A stretch of 64,000 bases of DNA, taken from the NCBI GenBank assembly GCA_964016885.1, contig OZ024743.1, positions 181,722,001-181,786,000 on the forward strand, given 5' to 3'. Numbering within the stretch: the stretch's first letter is position 1; every line of letters starts with the position of its first letter. A program made the position numbers and the translations under genes. This DNA is from Eledone cirrhosa (Eukaryota). This document shows, one piece after another, positions 1 through 15,205 of the stretch. The notes under the pieces were generated by a model, which was not told the DNA's origin, did not search any database, and worked only from the letters and a program-made list of their open reading frames with translations.

Positions 1-18
1 GTTGTTGACAATGGCCCC

Positions 19-101
<83 letters not shown>

Positions 102-437
102 ATCAGACAGACAAGCAGAGAGACACATTTACATAAAATTAAGGCGTAATTTAGCTGTTTATGCATGACCGGTTAATTAAGTTACACAGCTGAATTTGTT
201 GAGATTTAGGAGTGGTTGTAAGGAAAAGCAGAGAATACACAATAGCACAAGGTGACCCTTCAACGCCTCTTTAGATTGTCTAGCTTGACAAGTGACTACA
301 TTGACAATCCTTATTTTATTTGTCATACGGTTTTCTTTTTTCTTTGCCTGTTCTGTGACTTTCTGTTATATACATATATTCTTTTACAGATCATACGTCT
401 GTGTGCTGGCAAAGTCACCACTTTCATTTTGTCGATC

Positions 438-473
<36 letters not shown>

Positions 474-496
474 GATCGACAAAATGAAAGCGGTGA

Positions 497-576
<80 letters not shown>

Positions 577-590
577 TTTTAATATAGATG

Positions 591-641
591 AGATTCTACA
601 GGACTAGAACTGTTTCATTCTTTAGAAATCATCAGGAATCT
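591..641 (-). ncRNA. Type I hammerhead ribozyme (family A)
   Basis: Minus strand: AGATTC-CTGATGA-TTTCTAAAGAAT-GAAA-CAGTTCTAGTCCTG-TA-GAATCT. 6-bp stem I, intact core, GUA cleavage triplet. Confidence 0.85.
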
Positions 642-1080
642 GGGTATCAAAAAATAAAAATGGTATTTATAGGTCTCTACAAGTGGTAGGAGAGGGTGGG
701 GAGTGGGATGGGTGTAGGTCATTGGTTGATAGAAAAGGGAATTCATTAAAAGCTAATTCAACAAAGCTATAGTTTATTTTTATTTATTTATGTTTTTAGA
801 GTAACAAGGGCAGACAGAATTCTATAAACAGGTTCCGGATGGCATACCATTCCTTGTCATTAAGTTTCTCTTAAGCTAACAGATGTCTATAAGATCAGTG
901 GGGGGTCAGTCATGGTCGATAGAATTAAAGCCAGTGTTAAAGCCCGATGGCTAAAAACGACCTCCCCCTATTGGCCCCTATACCTCCTCCCCACCCTACC
1001 CCCACCCCTCCTCAACCTGAAATAAGGCCACTATGGTTATGTAAGTACCTCTTTCGTATCTACATTTTCTGCCTGTAGAG

Positions 1081-3300
<2,220 letters not shown>

Positions 3301-3757
3301 TTGTGAATGTGTCTGTTGAATTTTGGCATATAGTTGATTAGTTTAAGAGAAGTTCGAAGATAATTGTAAGATATGCACTCAGTATTCTGAATCAGTCTAC
3401 AGAATTCTCTAAACCTTTGTCACTTAGTAGAACCTTAATGATTTTAGCTTTTAAAGAATCTCCCTTTTCTTTAATTCTATCGACCATGACTGACCCCCCA
3501 CTGATCTTATAGACATCTGTTAGCTTAAGAGAAACTTAATGACAAGGAATGGTATGCCATCCGGAACCTGTTTATAGAATTCTGTCTGCCCTTGTTACTC
3601 TAAAAACATAAATAAATAAAAATAAACTATAGCTTTGTAGAATTAGCTTTTAATGAATTCCCTTTTCTATCAACCAATGACCTACACCCATCCCACTCCC
3701 CACCCTCTCCTACCACTTGTAGAGACCTATAAATACCATTTCTATTTTTTGATACCC

Positions 3758-3808
3758 AGATTCCTGATGATTTCTAAAAAATGAAACAGTTCTAGTCCTG
3801 TAGAATCT
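3758..3808 (+). ncRNA. Type I hammerhead ribozyme (family A, inverted copy)
   Basis: AGATTC-CTGATGA-TTTCTAAAAAAT-GAAA-CAGTTCTAGTCCTG-TA-GAATCT. One substitution weakens stem II relative to 591-641. Confidence 0.8.
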
Positions 3809-3890
3809 CATCTATATTAAAACTTTTATACTCTGCTATGTATTGAGTACCTTACTTACTGTGGTTACCTCCGATTCAACCCGGAATAAC

Positions 3891-3989
<99 letters not shown>

Positions 3990-3990
3990 T

Positions 3991-4051
<61 letters not shown>

Positions 4052-4263
4052 GTTAAAGTGTACATCTACATATGTATACGGAAGTATTAGTATGCATATA
4101 AATACACACATGTATACATATGTACATGTACTCAGTTTTTCACTAGACACTTTACAGTGAGTGTCAGCTAGTTTGTATGTAACCACACAGACGGACCGGG
4201 TTTTAGAGTCATACGAGTTTTCAAGGAAACACATTTCCTCTATTCTCCAGAGGGCCAGACAGG

Positions 4264-4308
4264 AATATTGGACTAGTTTCGATGTTATTACATCTCATCA
4301 GCAATATT
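4264..4308 (-). ncRNA. Minimal type I hammerhead ribozyme (family B, copy 1)
   Basis: AATATTG-CTGATGA-GATGT AATA ACATC-GAAA-CTAG-TC-CAATATT. 7-bp stem I, 5-bp stem II, palindromic CTAG in place of stem III, GUC triplet. Confidence 0.92.
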
Positions 4309-4732
4309 TACCCATCTTCCGGCTTCTCTGGAGAATTGTAAAAGCACATATCGTTATATGCTTTTTCTATGAAAATTAGTAGTGGGTAGACTAATTTGCA
4401 TAGAACGTGAGTCATTGTACGCACCGGTTCAGCGGAAACGATAAAAACAAATAACGAAACGAAATTAAATTTCGTTTCGCTTCTAACTCACTTTTGTATG
4501 ACTGACGCTTAAACAATTAAGTTAAAGTGTACATCTACATATGTATACGGAAGTATTAGTATGCATATAAATACACACATGTATACATATGTACATGTAC
4601 TCAGTTTTTCACTAGACACTTTACAGTGAGTGTCAGCTAGTCTGTATGTAACCACACAGACGGACCGGGTTTTAGAGTCATACGAGTTTTCAAGGAAACA
4701 CATTTCCTCTATTCTCCAGAGGGCCAGACAGG

Positions 4733-4777
4733 AATATTGGACTAGTTTCGATGTTATTACATCTCATCAGCAATATT
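4733..4777 (-). ncRNA. Minimal type I hammerhead ribozyme (family B, copy 2)
   Basis: Identical to 4264-4308, 469 bp away. Confidence 0.92.
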
Positions 4778-4898
4778 TACCCATCTTCCGGCTTCTCTGG
4801 AGAATTGTAAAAGCACATATCGTTATATGCTTTTTCTATGAAAATTAGTAGTATATATATATATATATATATATATATTTAGAGAGAGAGAGATGATC

Positions 4899-4950
<52 letters not shown>

Positions 4951-4967
4951 GATCATCTCTCTCTCTC

Positions 4968-5009
<42 letters not shown>

Positions 5010-5034
5010 GAGAGAGAGAGAGAGATGATCGACA

Positions 5035-5110
<76 letters not shown>

Positions 5111-5953
5111 GATCATCTCTCTCTATATATATATACATAGAAAAAGAGATGACATCGAAAATGCAACTGGAGTCTTATTTTTTTTTTAAATATATATATT
5201 TATTTGGTTCCTTTACCGGTTTCGCAAACGAATCGAATGTTATTATTAATATTCGAAAAACTCAGATTACATTTATTGTATTCAGCCATGTAGAACGAAC
5301 ATTTTCTTTTTTATTTGAATTTGGCAAATACAGTATATTGCCAAATATACGATACATACATTCATGTATACATCGCTATTTCAGAACACCAATACTAATA
5401 CCAATTTTTGCTGGACCCGCAACGTTCTGTTTAATCAGCTCATGATTATTACTTAATTCTATAAGAAACCAGCCTCTATAATTCTCGGCAAAGGTAACTG
5501 AGTGTGTGGTCTTGATAAACGCTCACAAGCGAATAACAAACTGTCTGTCCTCCGCTCTCTGTTGTTTTTGCCGAGATTAAGTATGTGACATAGTCACTAC
5601 TTTAAAACTCATAGTGAATGGTCTTCTAAATGTTTTTAATTAAACATACAGTATATTACCAAATATACTATGCATACATTCATATATATATATATATATA
5701 TATATATGATATATCTTTGATATATATATATATATCAAAATAAGAGACATATATCATAAGAATAGAGGAGAATGAACTTTGATATAATATATTAGATGCC
5801 TTTAGCCGAATTGAAACGTGCTCAATACCTAGATATGAGAGGTTAAATATGATAGTGGAGTTAATATTTAAGGAGAGTTATGTGCAGAAGATAAGCAGAG
5901 TGGGTATAATCACAAATATATGGAGGAAAATAGACATTTAAAAACAAAATTTA

Positions 5954-5995
5954 TTTCTTACACGGTGTTTCGTCTTATAAGACTCATCAGAGAAA
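5954..5995 (-). ncRNA. Type I hammerhead ribozyme (family C)
   Basis: TTTCT-CTGATGA-GTCT TATA AGAC-GAAA-CACCGTG-TA-AGAAA, followed by AATAAA, in a TA-flanked element (~5735-6197). Confidence 0.85.
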
Positions 5996-6193
5996 ATTCC
6001 TGTCCTTAAAGATGTCACAGAAGGGATAGTACAAGTCTGTATACCTGCAAAGTATGGGCTGCACATTTATGAAACGTTTATACTTAAAACGGTGTAATAT
6101 ATACATATGTGTGTACTTGGTGTATTGTAAATGTACTTAAAGACGAATCAGCATGTAAGAAATAAATTTCATTTTAAACGTCATGCTATCTTC

Positions 6194-6243
<50 letters not shown>

Positions 6244-6568
6244 CACATGATCAAAATATATACTTTATTATACATATTTCAAAAGTACTATGGTGTTTAA
6301 GTACGTTTTCATCAGACATAATATATGATTTGATATATGACATACCGCTACGGTCTTGATTATTCAATTCCAGTATTGGCAGTGATTTATTTCAAATCTG
6401 AACGTTTTTATACCACAAATAATATCATAATCTATTGTAAAATTGTATTCGTTGAGTAATCAACGAACCATACTAATCTTTGGTTATATATATATATATA
6501 TATCTATATATAAATGTAAGTATGTATGTATACGTACATACATATATGTATACAGACGTACAGTAGCA

Positions 6569-6618
<50 letters not shown>

Positions 6619-6771
6619 CATACAGGTACACATACATATATGCACGCATCAGTTTAGAGGACGCTTATTATAACGCCGCTTTGTTCGTTTGTCAACAAAC
6701 TGATCAGCCTGAATTTATGCCATACGGTGTTAAGGCAACCACGTCACCTTTTTGTTCAACACTGACACAGG

Positions 6772-6816
6772 AACGATGTACTAGTTTCAAGCTTGTTAGC
6801 TATCATCAGCACCGTT
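6772..6816 (-). ncRNA. Minimal type I hammerhead ribozyme (family B2)
   Basis: AACGGTG-CTGATGA-T AGCT AACA AGCT T-GAAA-CTAG-TA-CATCGTT. Confidence 0.88.
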
Positions 6817-7229
6817 TACCCATCTGCCAGATAGTTGAACGTTCGAAAGTATATACTTTCCTTATGAAAATTAACGGCTGAGCAGCCTAATTTGCATATT
6901 GAGTGAGTTAAATCGGTCAGGCATACCGAAAACGATAAGTTGAAAAAAATGAAAACGAAATTTCATTTCTCACTCTTAGTATGGCACTTACTTAAATGTA
7001 AGTATGTATGTATACGTACATACATATATGTATACAGACATACAGTAGCATGCATATATATATATATATATATATACATACAGGTACACATACATATATG
7101 CACGCATCAGTTTAGCGGACGCTTATTATAAAATCAGGCTGTTCAGTTTGTTGACAAACGAACAAAGCGGCGTTATAATAAGCGTCCGCTAAACTGATGC
7201 GTGCATATATGTATGTGTACCTGTATGTA

Positions 7230-7262
<33 letters not shown>

Positions 7263-7499
7263 GCATGCTACTGTACGTCTGTATACATATATGTATGTAC
7301 GTATACATACATACTTACATTTAAGTAAGTGCCATACTAAGAGTGAGAAATGAAATTTCGTTTTCATTTTTTTCAGCTTATCGTTTTCGGTATGCCTGAC
7401 CGATTTAACTCACTCAATATGCAAATTAGGCTGCTCAGCCGTTAATTTTCATAGGGAAAGTATATACTTTCGAACGTTCAACTATCTGGCAGATGGGTA

Positions 7500-7544
7500 A
7501 ACGGTGCTGATGATAGCTAACAAGCTTGAAACTAGTACATCGTT
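7500..7544 (+). ncRNA. Minimal type I hammerhead ribozyme (family B2, inverted copy)
   Basis: Reverse complement of 6772-6816. Confidence 0.88.
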
Positions 7545-7699
7545 CCTGTGTCAGTGTTGAACAAAAAGGTGACGTGGTTGCCTTAACACCGTATGGCATA
7601 AATTCAGGCTGTTCAGTTTGTTGACAAACGAACAAAGCGGCTTTATAATAAGCGTCCGCTAAACTGATGCGTGCATATATGTATGTGTACCTGTATGTA

Positions 7700-7791
<92 letters not shown>

Positions 7792-7904
7792 TGCTACTGT
7801 ACGTCTGTATACATATATGTATGTACGTATACATACATACTTACATTTAAGTAAGTGCCATACCAAGAGTGAGAAATGAAATTTCGTTTTCATTTTTTTT
7901 CAAC

Positions 7905-8334
<430 letters not shown>

Positions 8335-8342
8335 TATATATA

Positions 8343-8433
<91 letters not shown>

Positions 8434-8502
8434 GTTCAAGAGTAACCAATCTTTTAATAATGTCTTCTTTGTGAAGTTTGTGGTCTTGTTTTGCTTAACT
8501 AA

Positions 8503-8544
<42 letters not shown>

Positions 8545-8704
8545 TTTATTTATATATAAAAACTTAGACCACTGAGCGTGTGCGCATAAACGCACCTGTA
8601 CCGTGTCGTATTTGACAGTATTGTATAAGCTCAATGTACAAGAACAGAGCCGTTACATGCATAAGAAATCAAAGAACGCCTACATACTCATACAATTTTT
8701 ATTT

Positions 8705-8749
8705 GCTAACAATGTTTCATCCATACCATTGGGCAGAAATCATCAGAGC
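8705..8749 (-). ncRNA. Type I hammerhead ribozyme (family D), downstream of and co-oriented with the Tx1 LINE
   Basis: GCT-CTGATGA-TTTCTGCC CAAT GGTATGGAT-GAAA-CATTG-TT-AGC, then AATAAA. Short 3-bp stem I, bulged stem II. Confidence 0.65.
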
Positions 8750-9995
8750 TTTAAAAATAAAATTACAATGATGAGTATAGGCTCTACCGAGCTTCGTCAC
8801 ATGAACATTAGAAATATAATAGAGGGCAACCAGAGGGAGATTGGAAATGGTGAGTATTGAGAGAGTGCATAGTGGGGTTGATATTCAGCACTACAGCTAA
8901 ATGCAATGGTACAGGCAGATTTTTTCAAGATGCAGAAGCACGTGAGGACACACAAAAACAAAAAATTTAAATAATAGTTAAAATATATAATAATAAAGTA
9001 AAGGGAAAGTAATAATATAAAGAGATAAAAAAAATGTGTTAAAGAAAAAAAAAAGTGTTTTAAGGCACACAAAAAACAGAAGATATGCGTTGGTCACTAT
9101 ATATAACATGTGATTTAGTTCTCCATAACTTAGAGTTATAGAAATACTAAAAGGCTCCCAAGGTACCTTCAGAAATCCCAATTGGGATTTTATTCCATCC
9201 CATAGTATACATAATCAAAGTATATTAGTAGGTTACGGAATTATGTGGACCATGGGTGCTATACCTGTATGTATACATGCACCACATAAATAAGTACAGA
9301 CCAAACACAAGCAAAGCAGGGTTATTGCATGATCAGGCTAAAGCAAATGACAAAAATGGTTAAGTCCCTAAAAAACACACATCTGGCGAGGAGTCACAAC
9401 ATATTCATATCTACCGAAGAGGTTATAAAGATAGTGGATTATTAATAGATAGTAATACGGTCCAGGGTTTATAACATATGAAGGTGGTCCTTAAAGTTCA
9501 AACCAGTCGGATTTAAAAGATCAACAAAACAAAACATCACATATAGTAACATGCAATACAGGCTGAATACATGCATCAAAAATATACCCACGTGTTCAAA
9601 ATCCCAATCATGAGGCACAGGCGGTGAAACTGGGTGCCATGCCCCAGCCTCCAATTATATTTTTATCGCCAAACTACTAAAACACACATCTATTTGTATA
9701 TGCGCTACAATTTATGTACATGTTATGTAGAGAAAGATGGGAGAGGTAGATATGAATTTCTATTTATTTGCCACCAGGGCATCAAAGATTGGGACAAATA
9801 CAAAGGAGGGAGTTTACATACATTTAAAAAGACGTGTAAAAAAAATATAACAAATTTAATTTAACAGTCGATGTCCTCAATATGGAGGGGCGTTGACATG
9901 GATCGCACACACACCCGAAAAAATGTGCAACCCTCCTCTTCAGGAGCACAAAGAACGGGTGCTTCCTTCCTCTTCTCATTCTTCTCCTCTCTCAC

Positions 9996-12900
9996 CTACA
10001 GGCTGATATAGAGAGAGGGCCCATTCACTCGGGCCATTCTCGCTACTTTCACCCACCTTTCATAAAACTTGCTGGGGTAGAGCACCTCTCTCTCCATTGT
10101 GATCCTTCTTCTAAAGTGGTACTTGAAAAAAAAGACCAGTTGTTGGCCGGAGAGAAAGGTGTCTGACCTCAGCCCTTTCAACCTTGTCCACCATACAACT
10201 TCTTTCGCCATGGCTATCACACAGAGGAAAACCGCCTCTCCTTCGTTTTTGAAAGGAGAGGCGGTTTGATCGAGACAATGTTCTCGGTGGTCAACCGGAT
10301 TGGTCCCACCCGCGACAGTAGTCGTTCCACATAGCCCCACAGGTCAGCAGCGCCCGGGCAATGTACGAATGCGTGTGCGACGGTTTCCTCGTCACGCACG
10401 CATCTCGGACAGATCTTCTTCGAGGGGTCCCTACCCGGGCGCCCGTGTCTGTAGAGCTTGTCCCGAACGGGTAGAGCTCCTCGGTAACATTGCCAAGGCA
10501 GAGACTTTTGGAAGTTGTCCATCGGTCCCGGGCCAAACGTCCTACCGAACAGACTGGCCAGCTCATCTTCCTCCATGCCCAGAGCCTCTCCGAGAGCGTC
10601 GTCGCACTTACTGCGCACCAACCCTCTATAGAATGTTGAGGTTGAGTCTCCACTGATTGCCGGATCCGCTTGCTAGAGGGCCGTGAACGCCTGGGCACAT
10701 TCAATGTGCCAGTCGCCCACTTTTCTCGGTCTTTGCTTGACCCAGGATTGCAGCTCGATGAGTGAGACGAGTCTCGGAATGGCTCGCCTCACAAACAGGG
10801 CCCACACCGGCTGACCGGTGAGGAATACCTGGAGGTGCCGTAGCCTTAATGCGTGTCTACGCATCGTCAGCCACGGCATCCCCAGCCCTCCGTTCGAAGG
10901 GTGTTGACAGCAGATGGATCTTCTCACCAAAGGAGTCCGCTTCTTCCAAAGGAATCGGAAAAGCGCGCGCTCCATTTTGGCGAGTGTTTTCTCTGGGAAA
11001 GGCACAACGGTCAAGCGGTAGTAGATGACGGACGCTATATAAGCGTTCGCCACCTCCGCTCGACCTTTCGGGGATAGTTTGCACTCGGCCCACTTCTGGG
11101 CGAGTGCAAACACCTTGCTCGTTACCTCGTCCCAGTTTTTCTCCACCTGGAGGTCCGGTCCGAACCAGACCCCGAGGAGCTTCACCGGTCCCTCCGTCCA
11201 GCGTCCGGCGATACCGTCGGAGGGCATCGTTTTGCCCCTCCACGTCCCGAGTTGCAAACCGACGGACTTGTCCCGGCTCAGCTTGGCTCTTGTGAACCTT
11301 TCATATTCCTCCAGTAATGTGCCGATCTGCCCGATTTCCGAGGCGCACGACACCATTACTGTCACGTCATCGGCGTAGGCCGACACCGCATTCCGCAATC
11401 CCGGTTCCAAGGGAATGCCCTGCAACAGCTCCAGCTTCCGCAGTAGTGGCTCGAGAGCCAGCACATACAGGAGGGAGGAGAGAGGACATCCCTGTCGGAT
11501 GGATCGCGTGATTTGGAATGGCTCCGAGAGGTAGCCGTTCACCTTGACCCTCGACCCTATCGAACGCCTTAGATTGATCCAAGTTGATCAGGGCCCCACC
11601 AAAGCCGGGTTCGTGCCCTACTCTCTCTACGATGTATCGCATGAGGTGGAGGTTGTCGTGTATGGACCTGGACGGGATTGCGCATGTCTGTGCTTCTCCC
11701 ACCAGGTTCCCGACGACAAGCGCCAACCTCTTCGCTAACACCTTGGCCAAAATCTTTAACTCTGTGTTTAGCAGAGTTATGGGCCTGAAGTTATCTATGT
11801 CATCCCCCTTCTTCTCGTCCTTCCTCACCAGTGTGACTACGCCCTTGGTCACAGAACTGGGAATTCTCCCGTTCTGTTGCCAGTTGCAGTAGACCGCCTT
11901 GAGGAGACCGGAGAACAAGCCCGGCATCGCTACATAAAGTTCGTATAGTAGACCATCGAGACCCGGAGACTTGCGTTTGCCGCATTGGCTCAGCGCTTCC
12001 CCTATTTCAGCGGCTGAAATCGGCCTCTCGCAGGACTTCGCCTCCCCGTCCGAGAGCCGCGCCAGATCGTCGAGGTATGGACCGAAATACATGCCCCCCC
12101 CCCCCCTCCCCGGCCCGCCGCTCCTCCTGAACAGTCGTGCAAAGCGCCGTTGAAAGGCCGCGCTCATCCGCTCAGGTTCAAGGATCACGCGTCCATCCTG
12201 GTCCATCAAAGACCGAATCGTGGACTTGTTTCCACTTTTTGCCTCTGTCACTCGGGCCCAGCTAACAGCTTTGGCTCCCTCGTTACTCAGAGCACGTATT
12301 TTACTTCTGACAACGCAGCCCTCGTGCTTCGCATCAAAGAACTGGTGTAGGGCCGTTCTTAACGCCAGCACGCCGGCCACGTTGCCACTCCTAATCGCCT
12401 CTTCTACTCTATTTGTTAATTCCCTTTCAGTTCTATTCCTATCTGATGCTAATTCCCGACTAAAATCTATCGATTCTATTCTAATTTCTCTCTTGAGAGA
12501 GCTCCACCACCCGCTGTTGACAATTGCCCGCGTCAAACGCTGCTTAACTAGTGTGCTAATCCGCTTACTGTAAGCTTTGTTTGTCGGTAAAGACAAGCTT
12601 AGCTTCCAGTAACCGGGTCCCTGTCTATGAGTTCTATCAAGGTTGACCACTCCGGTCACCAACTTGTGATCCGAATAGTCAAAAATGAACATTCGTGGAT
12701 AGCTTAATATGTCCCTATCCTTATTTCTAACTAGGAACCTATCTAGGTACGACCTAGATGTTCCGCTACGATTAGTCCACGTTCACAGTGGCACAGACGG
12801 AAAATCTAGTCGATATCTATCGGCCAGATCAAATCGGCCGATTAATCGTTTGAGGCTGTTACACCCCCCACCCCCCTTATCGGGACATGCCCCTACATAG

Positions 12901-13358
12901 TCCCAACGTGCATCCAGGATACCATTCCAGTCCCCCCCCCCCACTAAAAGCAAGGAGCGAGACGTTCCCAGGAAATACTCCAGGCGTCGGAAGAAGTCCG
13001 GCCGCGGTGTCCCAGATGGGGTATACGCTGCCACCAGCCTGAAAGCTCCACCTTCACCACTGCCGACGTCTAAAATCACCAGTCGACCCTCCAGGTCCAG
13101 GTGTACCTTCTGTGTGACAAGACCCAGGTATTTTCGCAGCAGAACGACAACCCCACCCGCACCCTTCGGCTGACAGAGAGATGCGTAGATCTCAAAGTCG
13201 TCGAAGATGGGGGCCAGTTGGCGCTCGCTGCTGATCCTGGACTCGCAAATAACCATTACATCCACTTTGTGCGACCTGAGGTCATTTAAGAGTTTGCCCT
13301 GTTTCCAGGACATCCCCAGGCCGCGTGCATTCACAGAACCGACTCTTATATTGGCCAT
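9996..13358 (-). pseudogene. Tx1 ORF2 (APE endonuclease, reverse transcriptase, C-terminal zinc knuckle), broken into 5 frames
   Basis: SVNARGL, GDWN, SDHKLV (APE); KSPGLDGL, NFRPITLLN, LDQSKAFDRV, IRQGCPLS, AYADD (RT); CPRC..ETVAHAFVHC. Confidence 0.92.
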
Positions 13359-13400
13359 GTTGGTGCTGAAGAGTTAAAAAGGAAGAGGAAAGGAAATTAC

Positions 13401-15205
13401 TTACCACTTCGTCTCCTGGGGACCAGGCTGCACAATTTCCATGGGGGTGTTGGAAGGGTTGTTTGGTGGGGTGGTGGTTTGTGGTGGGGTGAGGACATCA
13501 GTGTGTGGTGGTATTAGGGTGTTTGGTGGGGTGTGGGTGGCTGGTGTGGGGGTGGGGAAACATCTCAATAGGACGTGGTTAAGTGGTTTGGTGCAGTTGG
13601 TCCCCACATGCATTGGATGGTTCTTTTTCAAAGTTACATAGGTTTCCGTTGGGACCCTAATCATCATTAGGTGCGGTTTGTTCGCTGCGAAGGTGAAAGT
13701 GATCCCTTCGGTTTCCACCGAAGGGTTATTTTCTACTGCTTTCATCAACGTTTTATTGTTCTTGTTAATGTATGTATAGAGTTTTTGTTGTGTTGTGTTT
13801 GTTTTTGTTTGTTGTTCTTGTGCGTGTTTGCGTTTTGTAGTACGTGTTATATTTTGGGGAGGGGTGGGTTTTTTGTTTGTGATGTTTGTACTGTTTGTGC
13901 TGGTGATTGTGTGTTTGTAGCATTTTTGTTAATGTGGTGCCTTTTTTTTTCCTTTTCTCCTGTTGAAAGGGTTCTCTCTCGTCGTCACTGGGTGACGTTG
14001 ATACGGAGTCCTCTTCCGTGTTGTTGGGGAGGGGTATATTTTGGGGTTTTGTTGTGGTTGCTTTTGTATTTGTTTTAGGTGGGGAGGGGTTGGGTGGATC
14101 AGTGTTTTGTGTTGTTATTTTTCCGTGTTGTTGTTGTTGTTGTGGTGGTGGTGGTGGTGGTGGTGGTGTTTGTGTTGTTGTGTTCGAGGTTGGCAGAAGA
14201 ACCTTTTTTTTTTACTCGTTAATTGAGGACAGACAGCCCTCAGGTGACCCCTGCTTAAGCAGTGGTAACATGACGGCCGCCTTCCCTCCACTGAAATGTT
14301 TATATAAGTTAGCCCGTTGTGGGATATTCGCTATTCGTTCTGGGCTCATTTGCACCAGAACTTCTACGCTGGTCCCACCAAATACACCCCCGGAAGACTT
14401 TCCTATTGAAATTATCCTGTCTTCATCAAAGTCAATGATTCCACATAGTATCCACCAAATATTTACATTTGGTGTGATACTCATAATTTTTATTCTTTGT
14501 GTCCTTTTTCCCCTGTATGTGGGGAAAAGGGTGAAGCGGGGGGACACAATGGGTGATACCGAGTATTTTTGTGCTGTTGACTGGTTATTCATTGGCACCG
14601 AAATGCTACCAAACAGTTTTCCTTTTTGTATGAAGGTTATGTCCTTCATTGCATCTTTTAGAACCAGCTCACTTTCATTTTGTGATAATTGAGCTGGTTT
14701 TCTTGTTTCGTTCGATATTGTCCTAAAACCACAGTTTTCGGGACAGCCTCTCTACGTAATTCCTGTGGAGAATTGATGCTAAAAGCACCGTTTTCGCCAA
14801 AAGTCACGAATTGTTTTGCGTCTTGTAGTAGTTGTTTAGCATTTGTTATGTCAATTGGCGTGTATAGTTCGTTTTTTTTACAGTCTGTGCGAACGTTGTT
14901 TTGGTGTTGTTGTCTTTTTTGTTGCTGTTGTTGTTGTCACTGTTGGTAATATTGTTCATGTTTTCCTTGGTGTTGCTATTGTTGCAGTTGTTGGTTGTGG
15001 TGTTATTGTCATTGTTCTTGTTGTTGGTGCTGGTATTATTTACCGGGTTTGGTTTCGTGGTTTCAATATTTTCAACGTTTTTCGATAATGCGAGGGGGGA
15101 AGGCTGCAAGCTTTGTACTCCTACCTTCCCTCCATCACTTTTCTTAGTGAACGTGGCACTCACGACAGTGTGCGAGGTGAAATGGCATCCATTGCTGACT
15201 ACCAA
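13401..15205 (-). pseudogene. Tx1 ORF1 fragments (low-complexity N/T/P-rich, frameshifted)
   Basis: Co-oriented ORF pieces 14846-15205, 14212-14649 and 13401-13748 directly upstream of ORF2. Assigned by position, not by motif. Confidence 0.6.

Larger units (their letters stand above)
4046..4852 (-). mobile_element. Retrozyme-like tandem element (469-bp unit, ~1.7 copies) between (TA)n tracts
   Basis: 4046-4383 is repeated 469 bp downstream. Each unit has a minimal hammerhead and no coding capacity. Confidence 0.75.

Noticed and set aside
4161-4848. Duplicated 72-aa ORFs (and similar 6681-6881)
   Set aside because: Antisense to the hammerheads; the apparent peptide similarity is explained by the conserved ribozyme core.
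6285-6320. CTGATGA on the - strand
   Set aside because: No GAAA and no stem II pairing.
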